Source: Perkinsus olseni
Taxonomy: Eukaryota
Length of the DNA: 64,000 nt
NCBI GenBank assembly: GCA_013115125.1
Contig: JABANN010000064.1
Coordinates: 1-64,000 of the forward strand
Reading direction: 5' to 3'
This document shows positions 13,026-23,642 of this stretch, piece after piece (position 1 is the first letter of the stretch; each line of letters starts with the position of its first letter). The translations under genes were made by a program, and so were the position numbers. Below the pieces are notes generated by a model. That model did no database searches, was not told the DNA's origin, and saw nothing but the letters and a program-made list of their open reading frames with translations.

Positions 13026-14196
13026 GAACACATGTGTTGACTAAGTCAACTTGGCTTCGAGAACCTTTTCGTTACCCTTGATCGACTTGTGTTTGATCGC
13101 ACCACTGCCTAGGATCTATTATAGGCAGCGCAGTTGACAGTGCCTTCCTCGTTAAGAACCTTCAATGGAACTCTCCCCTTTTATTTTCACTGATCAGACA
13201 GTTGAGCTTGATCGCTGATCATTGATCAGTATGATCCCCATCGCTTCTCGTAGACCTTTCCTCGTCGAATGCGGACCGTGGTATCGCTTTCTTCGGAGAA
13301 CAGGAGCTTCCGCTATTACCCCACGGAAGTGTTGCGTGTGTCAATGTCATCGTAAGCCTCGCCCTGGCTCATGGTGATGGGCAACCTGTGGTGGATACAC
13401 TCCTGGGCTGCCGCCATAGCGGGAGCTCTGGCATGACGCTACGGCCGATAAGAAGAGTTTCTTGTGATTCACGAGGATAGACAGGGTTCCCCTCATAGAG
13501 AGGCGAGATGAAGTCCGAGTATGGAGCAGAATAGTGATAGCAGGGAACAACGACACTCAGTGCATTATGGCAATCGCATCCAACACCTTGATAGTTCCCT
13601 TCCCGTACGCACACAAGTCCGCACGCAGGAGTGCAAAAGATCACAACTGTGAGTGGTCGTGGGTCCTCGGTGGGCTGCTACTATAACCTGCGAGATGTTA
13701 CATCTGAGGTGAACTTGCGAGGAGCTCCTGCCGGACACGAATGGGCCTTCCTCTCGGGAACAGGGATAAGGAAGAGAGACAATGAATAGCGTCACGCGTT
13801 ATGTCATGCGTGACGTGCAGCGCGTGCCGTGCGAGTGGCGCTTCGTGTGGTACATACTAACTTGGAACAAGAAGAGTTGGGAACTCCTGGCCGTTCCTAG
13901 CCTGCCTTTATCGCAGGGGCCCGTCGTTCTCCCTTGTCGATCAGTGGGCCTGCAGCAAGCATGTTGCCAACGTATTAGATGGTGATAGCGCTTAACCTTT
14001 GATTGTAAAAAGGCTGTCTCTCATAGAGATCTTTTCCCGAAACTTTCGCGGAAGTATCTAGCTATCGTTCCATCGTCTGTTATCCTGGGGAGGAGTTAGC
14101 CGCTGTCTGGTTGATGGAATCACCATTCGAGCTTTGACGGTGTCGTTCCAGTTTTTTACGTATCGTTGTTTTAGCGACAGCACTACCTCCGCCACC

Positions 14197-14710
14197 ATGA
14201 GCGCCTGCGACCCTCTCTCTCCCGACCAGTGTAACGGTCGTGGTGTGTGTGATCCTGGATTCGATGATATCCCCTCTTCCTGTGATTGCACTGTATGGTG
14301 GGATGGAGACCAATGCCAGAGGATATCTGGGTGAGCTGAATAGTGCAAGGGTCGACCTTGGATACTGGGTAGAACTCCTTAGGTACTATTGGCTCGTCAT
14401 AGTCCTTATTATAGTGGCTGTATTGAAGCTGACTTTCTTCGTGTTCTATTGTTGGTTCAAGTACCGCCGTGTTGCAGGCCATTCTCGTTCAAAGAGGATC
14501 GTACGTAGCCCAGCGTATGTACAGCCTGTGAGCAAGGGGGTAAGCCAGTCTGCTGCTTTCGGCAGAAGTCCCCGCTTACTGATGAGATGAGCCTCGCTTT
14601 CCAAAGCTCGACCCTCTGTGAGTCTCTCTCTCGTTATTTTTCAGGCGGTGCGTAGTCAACCTCCAGCTGGAGCGCAGTATGGCAGTTATACTGGAAAAGC
14701 CAGTGTGTAA
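14197..14710 (+). CDS. Single-EGF-domain, single-TM micro-protein, copy 3 (~118 aa; exons 14197-14330, 14383-14539, 14645-14710)
   Basis: GCCACCATG start; MSACDPLSPDQCNGRGVCDPGFDDIPSSCDCTVWWDGDQC spliced to YYWLVIVLIIVAVLKLTFFVFYCWFKYRR. Both intron positions match copy 1. Confidence 0.82.
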
Positions 14711-14913
14711 ATAGCAAGTATACCTCGACCGACCGAGGGAATTTTCTAATGTGGCCAGCCACCACACTGACGCCTTTTAAAGGCCCGCCGTCTTTCGCTA
14801 CCATCGTCGTCGATTCGGCACTCGAGTCGCTTTCTCGCCCCCCCCCCTCTGAGTTGAGCTTTTGCAAGGTAAATAGTTGGACTGATAATTCCCCTTTTGA
14901 TAGCGGCATTCTT

Positions 14914-16760
14914 ATGCCCAATGTACTTGAACGGCTTGCCACTGCCGGCTGTGAGTGATCGTAGACGTCCGGCACGGCAATGTGACGAAGCCAATTCCGA
15001 TGAGGCGAGTACGGTTGAACGGGTCGTGACCTTGGTGCATATAACGTTCTGCCTCGCTGTTGATCTCCAGTGTCCCACCTGGTCGAGATCTCCGAGCCAG
15101 CGAGCATGGCGATCGAACCGCATCTAGCATGTTCGAACCCATTGAAGATAGAGGGCCTTATACGCTGTTCTGAGCACTTTCCGAGTCGGTCCTGCTACAG
15201 TATTCGGGTTCAGCACAGATCGAGGAAGGTACAGTGAATGAAGAACCACCGAGTCGCGGAGCCACACCTTGTCGGTCTCTGCAAACTGTCAATGTGACCC
15301 CTTCCAGCAAATGTGATAATCTCGACGGACCTTGTCTCCGCCAGACTGATGCGAGATAGGTTATACAGAGTCCCTGTTACGGTATGTTAGTACAGACACT
15401 GTAGCAGAGCTAGTCCGATCAAACCAAGTCCGTAATGAAGACGCTATCTACCTCATCGACTGCCGATACCCGTGAGGAGGTCTGCCGAGTGAGCGAAGTT
15501 GGATTCGTTGCTTGATAGGTATGAGTATAACGGAGGCCACATTATGAGTGCTATCAACTTCCCTCCGTATGAACTGGACTCGCTGAAGGAGTTCGTGTTC
15601 AACGACCTAGCCAGCCGAGACCGGCGTCGGGCGATAATTATTCTCCATTGTGAATTCTCCCAGCTCAGAGCACCTGTGGCTACTGATGCCTTGAAGAAGT
15701 AACGTGAGAGGGGGCTGCTGATATGCTTCAGTCGTGCGCACGATAGGAAATGAGGTCCTTCGCAGGATCAGCATGTCCGTCAGGTGAAATTTCGAGAACA
15801 TTCGAGAGGGTTTCATTCGGTGCGGTTTTTTGATCTTTCATTCAGCTTGTGAGACCGTCAGTATGTCATACTGTTGTTGTTGTTGTGGGACATGCCAGGC
15901 ATTCCGCCCGGTACGGATGCTCGAGGCCGCTTGAGCTCTATGTGATGAAGGGGGGATACTGCGACTTCTTCCGCAAGTTCAAAGAGCTATGTGAGCCCCA
16001 GTCCTACACGGAGATGTAAGTCGTTCAACAGCTGCCTCCTTTTCCACGACTGCTCTCCACATCAGGCAAGGGACGATGGAAAATAATGACAGCAGCAATA
16101 ACGCTGACGTGAGGAGCCTCACGCTACGGTCGACTGCGGTCGCTTGAAAAGTGTCACAGCGCCTGATGATCGCTTCGCCTCGTTGTCAGGACTTACCAGG
16201 GTTGCTACCAGGGGGCTTAAGAGGCTCACCACCTGCTCACATGCGGGGTCGGCAGCGACGGCGGCGGAAGGTAGTGGAAGTGTAGCCGAGTTTACTAGTG
16301 AGTGGTTCTGCAGCAGGTCAGAGGGCGCTGCTTTGATGACATGGATCTGTCATTCCGGGGTGAGGGCTCGTCTTGTGGACGACGGTATCGCTCAGTCCGC
16401 GTGTTCCAGACTCCCGCCGGAGGTCCTCTCGACTCTCCTCCTCATCCTGGGGCACCACGATGGACGAACGAGAATCGCCGATCAGGTAAGGGTAGGATTA
16501 TTTAGGAGATCTCGGCTGAGTTGTGAGCGAGGTTGCTATCCGATGAGCTCATCTGGGTGCGGCCAAGTATCCACGGCAGGGAGAGCGCTGTAGCTGGCTG
16601 GTGTCCTGAGGATGCATGCGGCAATCATGCAAGCGCAGCAGTATCATCAGTAGTGGTACCTGCGAGACTCTCCGTCAGTCGTCTTCACCTTCCACCTCAG
16701 ACGGCCTTCGCGTCAACCGGATTTGGATACGGGACAGGCAGATCCTCCGTGAGCAGTGAG
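14914..16760 (+). CDS. CDC25: Cdc25-like (rhodanese-fold) phosphatase; ends approximate
   Basis: [36 protein letters not shown] (CX5R), [23 protein letters not shown]. Confidence 0.8.
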
Positions 16761-17259
16761 TGATTAGTTCCGTACGGGCCCCCTTATCACCGCCGTCACC
16801 TCCCCCCCCCTGTATCGAGGGAAGAACTAGAAGAACTTCCAGCCCTGGCTCAGGTGTATCAATGGACGGTACCTGCGTGTCTGATGATGATGATTGAAGA
16901 GGATAGGCGGCAACGTAACATGTATAGTGCAATGAATAGTACAATTCACGTTCAATGCCCCGTATGAAGCAAATTTCTGCACTATAGGTTAGTCTGTTGT
17001 TGAGGCTGTTTGTTGCTCACTAACATCTCGGAGGAAAACACTGAGACTTGCGTTTGACACAGGGACGATGTCTTCATCGACAGCCGAAGGCAGAAGCAGG
17101 AAGGCTGATCATCATTTTCAGGGCGTGCGCTTTTTGCATTTCTTACAACGCTATCGTCCTCGTTTGTTCATCTAGCGTTAGTTCCATTGCGTTGCTCTCC
17201 TCATACGTACGACCATCGCTGACGAATAGGTTTTTTACCCCCTTCTTGCCTCTTCCTTC

Positions 17260-18597
17260 ATGTCCAAAAGAAGTGATAGATCTTCCGAAGAATTGCAGAC
17301 GTTGGAACCCGACGCGTCGGATTCTTCTGTAACGGAAGCAGACAAAGACGCCGTCAGCAAAGTTCCCGCTGCCACTGCGGCCGAGCAGATGGTCCGCAAA
17401 ACTTATGTGTTTTGCTTCGTCTGCACTACAGTGTGCGGGTTTATCAACAATACTGGCTACAACTTCGTCTTTACAGTTTCCCAAGATCTGGCTAAACAAT
17501 TCCATCATGAAGATGCTATGTCTTCATTCAGTATGGTCTTGTTGGCTGCTTGTTTCGGCATGACGATATTGCACTCTAAGTTCTTTCTGCACTTTCCATT
17601 TTTGGTGAGAATCGCGGCCTGTTTAGTCCTCCAGACGTTTGCGTATGTTCTTCTTGCGATTGCCTGTAAGATGACTAATGACAATATCGGTTTTGGCCTG
17701 TCATTGGCTGGAGCAGTCTGCACTGGCTTCTCTCAAGCACTAGGTGAAGTGCTCAACTTGAGTCAGCTGCATCACTTACCACCAAGCTTGGTCGGTGGCT
17801 GGGGCCTTGGTACGGGTCTTTCTGGTATCTTCGCTCCTCTCATTTACATGCTCTTCCTCAATGTCTTCCATTGGTCAAGGTTTGTCATCATGTTGGTGAT
17901 GAACATACTGACACCTATTTACTTTGGCGCATTCTTCTACATCAATCGTCAAGCTAACAAGAGGACCGTTAAGGGAGCGAAGGATGATGAGACGTCGCAC
18001 TCAGCCGAGCTCAACTTGAAGTCCTTGATAGGCGTTTGCAAGTACGCAGGGTTCATCATTTTCAACTTGGTCGCCGTGTATTTCCTGGAGTACTTTATTC
18101 AATCTGGTTTTATGGATAGGGCTTCGATCAATGTGGATACAGTTCACTCCTCCTATGTTGCAGCTAACTCGTATGAGATGATGTTGATCGGGTATAACAT
18201 TGGTGTCACCATCTCGAGGTCATCTGTCACCTTCTTCCGTATCAAGCGGGTTTGGATACCTACTGTCCTGCAAGCCTGTAACGCCATCTTTTGGGGCTTT
18301 GAGGCTACTACCCACTTCATCAGGAATGGTCTTGGTTTGACCGGTTTCTATCTCTATATACCCTTAGCTGCCATTATTGGTCTGATGGGCGGATTGTCTT
18401 ACGTCAATTGTATGTACCAGATTCAGCAAAATGAGGACATCCCCACCGATCTTCGACAGCTGGCGGTTAACCTATGTTTTGCCTCGTCTAACATTGGTAT
18501 TGTACTGGCAAGTGGTTTGGACTTGTGGCTTGCCAATACAGCCTTGAGTCAATGCAACATCTACGATTGCAGTAAACCACCGCAGATTTACAATTGA
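17260..18597 (+). CDS. CLN3: CLN3/Btn1 (battenin) family lysosomal membrane protein, intronless, 445 aa
   Basis: NNTGYNFVFTVSQDL, GWGLGTGLSG, VYFLEYFIQSG, YNIGVTISRSS, GLMGGLSYVN; multiple TM segments. Confidence 0.9.
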   Translation: MSKRSDRSSEELQTLEPDASDSSVTEADKDAVSKVPAATAAEQMVRKTYVFCFVCTTVCGFINNTGYNFVFTVSQDLAKQFHHEDAMSSFSMVLLAACFGMTILHSKFFLHFPFLVRIAACLVLQTFAYVLLAIACKMTNDNIGFGLSLAGAVCTGFSQALGEVLNLSQLHHLPPSLVGGWGLGTGLSGIFAPLIYMLFLNVFHWSRFVIMLVMNILTPIYFGAFFYINRQANKRTVKGAKDDETSHSAELNLKSLIGVCKYAGFIIFNLVAVYFLEYFIQSGFMDRASINVDTVHSSYVAANSYEMMLIGYNIGVTISRSSVTFFRIKRVWIPTVLQACNAIFWGFEATTHFIRNGLGLTGFYLYIPLAAIIGLMGGLSYVNCMYQIQQNEDIPTDLRQLAVNLCFASSNIGIVLASGLDLWLANTALSQCNIYDCSKPPQIYN

Positions 18598-19631
18598 ATG
18601 GGGCGATGGATGGTATCTCCCTATCCCCAAGCTACTATGTTGTCAATGAGATGCCCAGAGTTATTCAAGTCGCTAGCGTATTGGTGACCATCTTCCTCCT
18701 CCTCCTCTCCTGGAGGGGCATCTACATGAGTGTTGTCGAAATTGTCCTCTTCTTCTTTTTCTTCTTCTTGTTGTTCTTCTTAAGAGCCATGTCCGGAGTA
18801 GATCATACACTTTGCTCGTAGTCATTCTAGTTCAGTAGTAGTCGCAATTTGCAGTTGTCCTTTGCTCTCATTGCTTTGCTCATATCCATCATAGGAGTAG
18901 TAGTCCTTCGCTTTAGTCTCTCCGTAGTCGTCCCAGAAGGCACTCCTAGTGATGACGACCTTAACAACTGCTCTCTATCATTGTCATCAAGGAAGCAGTA
19001 ACAGTATCCGCTGATTGGCAGCAGCCTGATTGTAGTAGGGGGCGAAGGCCTCGCAGCCTAGTGATCTCGGTGTTCGTCGCCCTCAACGTAACCAGGGTTT
19101 ATTGAGATCACGTCAACCCTCTTTCCTGTTGCCGTTGTTGTTGTTGCCTTGACTCGTATGAGGCATACATTATAGCATAGCTTATATATCATATTACATC
19201 AGTTGATGGAATATAGCATATAGCCCCGAACAGCAGCATTGTCCTAGCGTAGCCATCATTGAGTTTCCATTGAGCGTTCCTCCTAAGTGTATCAGCATAG
19301 CAGTCTCATCATGGCGTTGCGTTGTTATACTGTATTCTTCAATCAACTGGTGGGGAGTGTCAGGGCTACAGTATACCTCTCTTCCTTTGAGTACCATAGC
19401 TCATGTAGTATGCTGTGTAGGCTCTTGAAGGTTCGGTAGCTCTCGTTACTCCGTGGAGAGCTTCAAAGTCGACGGCAGCTGGAGACCTTGTTGTTCATGG
19501 TGTTATCACAAGCTTCATATGCTAGCCGTCGAAGGCTGGTTGATGTGATGGGCAACTTCATAGAAGAGCTGCTGTCCTTGTTACTGTTATATGTAGTATG
19601 AGCGCGGTATGAACTTAGCCTATCGCGTAGT

Positions 19632-19703
19632 GGCCTCATTTTCGCATGTGACGTAGTGTCCTCATTTTTTGCATGTGGCATATTGGCCTCATTTTTTGGC
19701 ATC
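19632..19703. repeat. Imperfect ~27-bp tandem repeat (about 2.7 copies)
   Basis: ggcctcattttcgcatgtgacgtagt / gtcctcattttttgcatgtggcatatt / ggcctcattttttggcat. Confidence 0.75.
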
Positions 19704-19986
19704 TTCTTCTCTATTATTATTGCAGACTGTATTACGGGTTCCTACTGCGGCAGCCTAGCTCGATCAGCCTATAGACACCGCGTTGTCTGCATTGCAGTCA
19801 TAGACTGACATCCCAGAGGACTTGGGAGAGCAGAGCCTCAACCGGGGTGATAGCGGACGAGGGGATAAAGCGGGGTGCGACTGATTGGCTTGCATGGTCC
19901 CATAGGCGCATTCGACCATCACGGATCTGTGGGTTCGAGCATTCTTGCTGCTTGCACGTCCCTTCTCGGACCAAGGCTTCGTGGTG

Positions 19987-22500
19987 ATGGAAGATTCGGC
20001 CCCAGAGTCCAGAGTCCCAGAGTTCGACCCCAGAGGAGTCCTCGCTTCTTCATGCGCGACCCCTCGTCAGAGCGTTGTCTCTGCGTCGGCCCTGCTGGCA
20101 CGTCGCGATTTCGATCTTACAATGTTTCGGCGCCTTGAACTCTCCTTTCGAATTCATTGGGTACTTGGTACCATCGCCTTGCCAGTTTTTATGCAACATT
20201 AAGTGCTCTAATGAATATCCCGCCTTCGATAACGTCTGTGTCTCAAGAGGATATATTCACCAACCCCTTCTTCGCTAAAGTGCGGGAAGAGGATTCTCTG
20301 TTGCAATACGCAGCTGGAGGAGGGTCTACTGGGGCTGCTGAGAGTGGTCGTCCACCTGTGGTAGTATGTGGGGGCATCTTCGTCCTACTCGTCTGAGGGA
20401 GGTACGAACTTCACGGAGTTTGACCCATCTCACCGAGTGAATATCGGCGGTACGCCAGCCATTACGTACCGTGAATTCCTTTTTTTTCAACCGGAACACC
20501 GTGAATTTCTTGTGAGGAAAACCGGCTCCTTCGAGTTTGACCTTCCGAATAACGATTGCAGAATCCTATCTTCTCAGATCCTCGTGCCATGTCAGCGATC
20601 TTTGTCTGGGCAGCCTGAGAGCGCCTCTCTGAGCAGACACCACCAAATAGAGGCACACATCCTCCAGAGCGCTCACGTCCCCGGTCAGTACTGCAACTTA
20701 CGAGGGCAGGTATCGACTGATCGGATCTGGTTCCGGCCACGTGGTGGTTTTCTTAGGGTCTGGAAATCAAGTCTGACAGAGTCATTACTGGGGTCGGTTT
20801 TGGGCAGCGGCGAATTTGTCATGTAACCCAGACTGAGAACATGTGAGCCGCTAGGAGGCACTGTAGGTATTAGACTCGAGTCTTCAGGTATGACTACGGC
20901 ACTAACTTCAAGATCTTTGTCTTAGACAGGCCCGTCTGTGGGGCGTATACTAGCGGCAGAGGTAGGCCGCGGGAGTTGAAGTGCTGTTGTATGGACCTGT
21001 TAGGTGGTGCTGGTCCGGCGAGCCTGGCAATGGCAGGACCTTGCGATTGGCTGTCCGGCTGTCCCCAAGCTGAAGATGACTTTTATGATAAGATCTTCAA
21101 ATTCCGTCAGACGTACCTGTTGGTAGGTTCGACGGGCTTTATCCCATCATGATCTTAATGCCACTTCATGAACAGGTACCGGGATACGAGAAAGCAGCCG
21201 CTGTTAGGATTCGGGATATCGCCAGTGAAGCTGTTGCCGCTGTAGAGAGGCATGAGGCCGGTAGCGAGCCCCTCCATTGCTGAGTACTCCTGCTACCATG
21301 CTCTTTAGGCAAGCCCTCTGGCCTAGTTCGACCAGTGGCGGCCCCTCCCGGATCGGACATCAAGTAGTGCACTGCAGTGGACCCCTGTGGGTAGAGTTGA
21401 TGTGTGTAGACACGAGGTGGAGAGGACGGCCTATGCTACACTGCATGCCTTCATATTCCCCCACATACTGCAGTACACGTTACCTGAGGACACAAGGCTG
21501 ACTGAGCGCATACGGTACGCGTGTCAACTGTCGAGGGTTGCGATTGCTCTGCCGTGTCTCGGGCGAGGGCTCATAGGGCTCAGGCGCTATGCTATTGTGC
21601 AAGAGTTCGTATTCAGGAACTACTGCAATGGAGGTAATCTCAATCTGCGAACGATTCTAGCAGCAGCATCGGCGCCGAAGGATATTCTCGCGGCCAAAAA
21701 CGATGTATGTCTCGTTTCTTGGGGATGCCTGCCCTCTCAGATCGTGGCCTCTGCAGGTTCTCACACGCTCCGTTCAAAGTCTGGTGGCGGAGCTGGGCAA
21801 ACTGGATAATCAAATAGCCCCGATGGATAAGCTCTCGGCTATGACGGTGTGTGGGGTTGGCCCTTGGGCGCGGTGAAGAGGTTGCGCTTACGTTCTCAGA
21901 CTGCTCTAGAGCACTGCCAGAAGCTGGTGTCCGAGATCGTTCGATCCTCGTTGCTAGTCACTGCACCGGACCAAGGGGGACCGGCCCGGGTGGAAGTCTC
22001 TGCTGATCACGTAATGAGCTGTGTGCTGTAGAGCTCGGTGAGGGGTGGTTGGCCAGGTCCTGGCGATGTTCGTGGCTGCTATTGCCTCACTAGCCAGCAG
22101 TAGAGATCGCGCCAATACGCGAGTCCAGATCAATGCGCACATGTGTCATGTTGATATGTATGTTGAAGCGCACGACGAGTTGAAGTAAGACCTTTCGGTG
22201 CGGGCCTCACGGGACCTTCGCTCCGCCTCAGGTTTTCCCAGGGTCAATACGCGGTGTCTACGATACACTCGGCACTCGAGTTTTGGCGACAACCTCATGC
22301 GGAGTGCCGTGAGTTCGACATTCACACGCCGGAGGAAGAGGCGACGAAAACTGAGGATACCTCAGAGGATGATAAGGGTGATATCTCCTGTCAATGTGCC
22401 AGCTCGTCGTTCGAAAGCGTCGATGGTCGGCTAGTTGACGCTTGCAGCGTTCTCTTCTTCAAGGCGGGGATCACTCACCCGCTCCTCCTTCAGGTATGTT
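19987..22500 (+). CDS. VPS9-domain-like protein (putative Rab5 GEF); ends approximate
   Basis: Spliced segments ELGKLDNQIAPMDKLSA, LEHCQKLVSEIV, EVSADHVLAMFVAAI, HVDMYV and ALEFW follow the VPS9 helical pattern. Confidence 0.5.
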
Positions 22501-22684
22501 TGACAAATCTTCCTCCATTTTCGAGGCCTGTCTTCGGGCGGGTTCTGATGAGCCTCGCCATGGTGCGGTATCCACTTTGCACAGCGCAAGCGCCGAGAAA
22601 GTTTCCTAAGGCTGATGTTTGTGCGCTGTGTTCGGGTCCGTGTAAACTGGCAGGTCTACAGTTCTCGGCCACTCGGCTAACAGA

Positions 22685-23472
22685 ATGCCATCCATTAGGA
22701 GGAGCCGGCGTCAGCAGCGGCAGCAGCAGCAGAATCGGAAGGAACTACGATCGACAACAGTGACCCTTCTCACCTTGCTCTCCTGTTATATTGGTACCTC
22801 TACGCTCCTCTTTGCCATAACTGGATTCCATGACCTAGCGGAGACTAACGTGCCGGCCCAACTGTCTACCGTGGGCTCTCTCCGTGGAAGGCTGACCCCA
22901 CCTCGTGTCGTGACCCCTCCTAAACTTCCTCCCTACTCACCACCACTCTTCGGAGTCTGGGCGGTGTCCGCGGTATCGGGTGTACTCTTACTAAGTGCTG
23001 CTGTCGGTCGAAGCGGCGGCGCCTCTCGACTGGCCCGGCCCTTGGCGGCTGTGGCCTTCCTCGTTAACATTGGGGTTGGTATTGTAGGTGGGATCCTCCC
23101 ACTGCTCCGGTGTGCTTCCTTAGTGTTGAGACTGGCCAAATGGTCGATGTCTCTGAGCTCTTTCCTCACCTGGCTATTCACCTTGGGTGTGGTAAGCCCG
23201 GAAATGCCGTTAGCGTGGAAGCTGTACGCGGGTGCAGGGGCTCTCACTCAACCGTTACTCGCAACGTTACGAAAGGTAATACAATCTACCGTCTTCTCAC
23301 CTCTATGTTGTCTGAGGGCTAGTTTCGTATCGGTTGATGGTTTTCTGTGTTAGGTACTTCCCTCTGCAGCGATGACCGATATACCCTTCACGTTCCTCTG
23401 GTTGATAGTGGACTCCGCGGCCCACTTTGCTCAGAGTTGGATCACGCGCACCGTGCTTGGTGGGGGAGGCTA
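22685..23472 (+). CDS. Hypothetical multi-pass membrane protein
   Basis: 222-aa ORF with several hydrophobic segments, plus a probable last exon after an intron near 23276-23353. Confidence 0.5.
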
Positions 23473-23642
23473 GCCGGAAAGACTCACCCGAATTCGCCGA
23501 TACAGTAGCATTGCCGTTTCTAGCCTCGCTGTATCTCCTCCCTTGCGTTAATTCAATGCTCTGTGGCGGGTGACGACCGAGATCCGAGCCTGTATGATGA
23601 TCGCAGTCTGGCGCTCAAGTTTATCATCACTCTACGATCTAC

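Noticed and set aside
13200-13800. Cys-rich minus-strand ORFs (CTPACGLVC...CDC) as a fourth EGF gene
   Set aside because: Cys spacing does not fit, and WWxGDQC and the adjacent TM helix are absent.
23604-23619. Degenerate SL-like gcagtctggcgctcaag upstream of threonine synthase
   Set aside because: Needs several mismatches and indels; more simply a splice acceptor plus 5' UTR.
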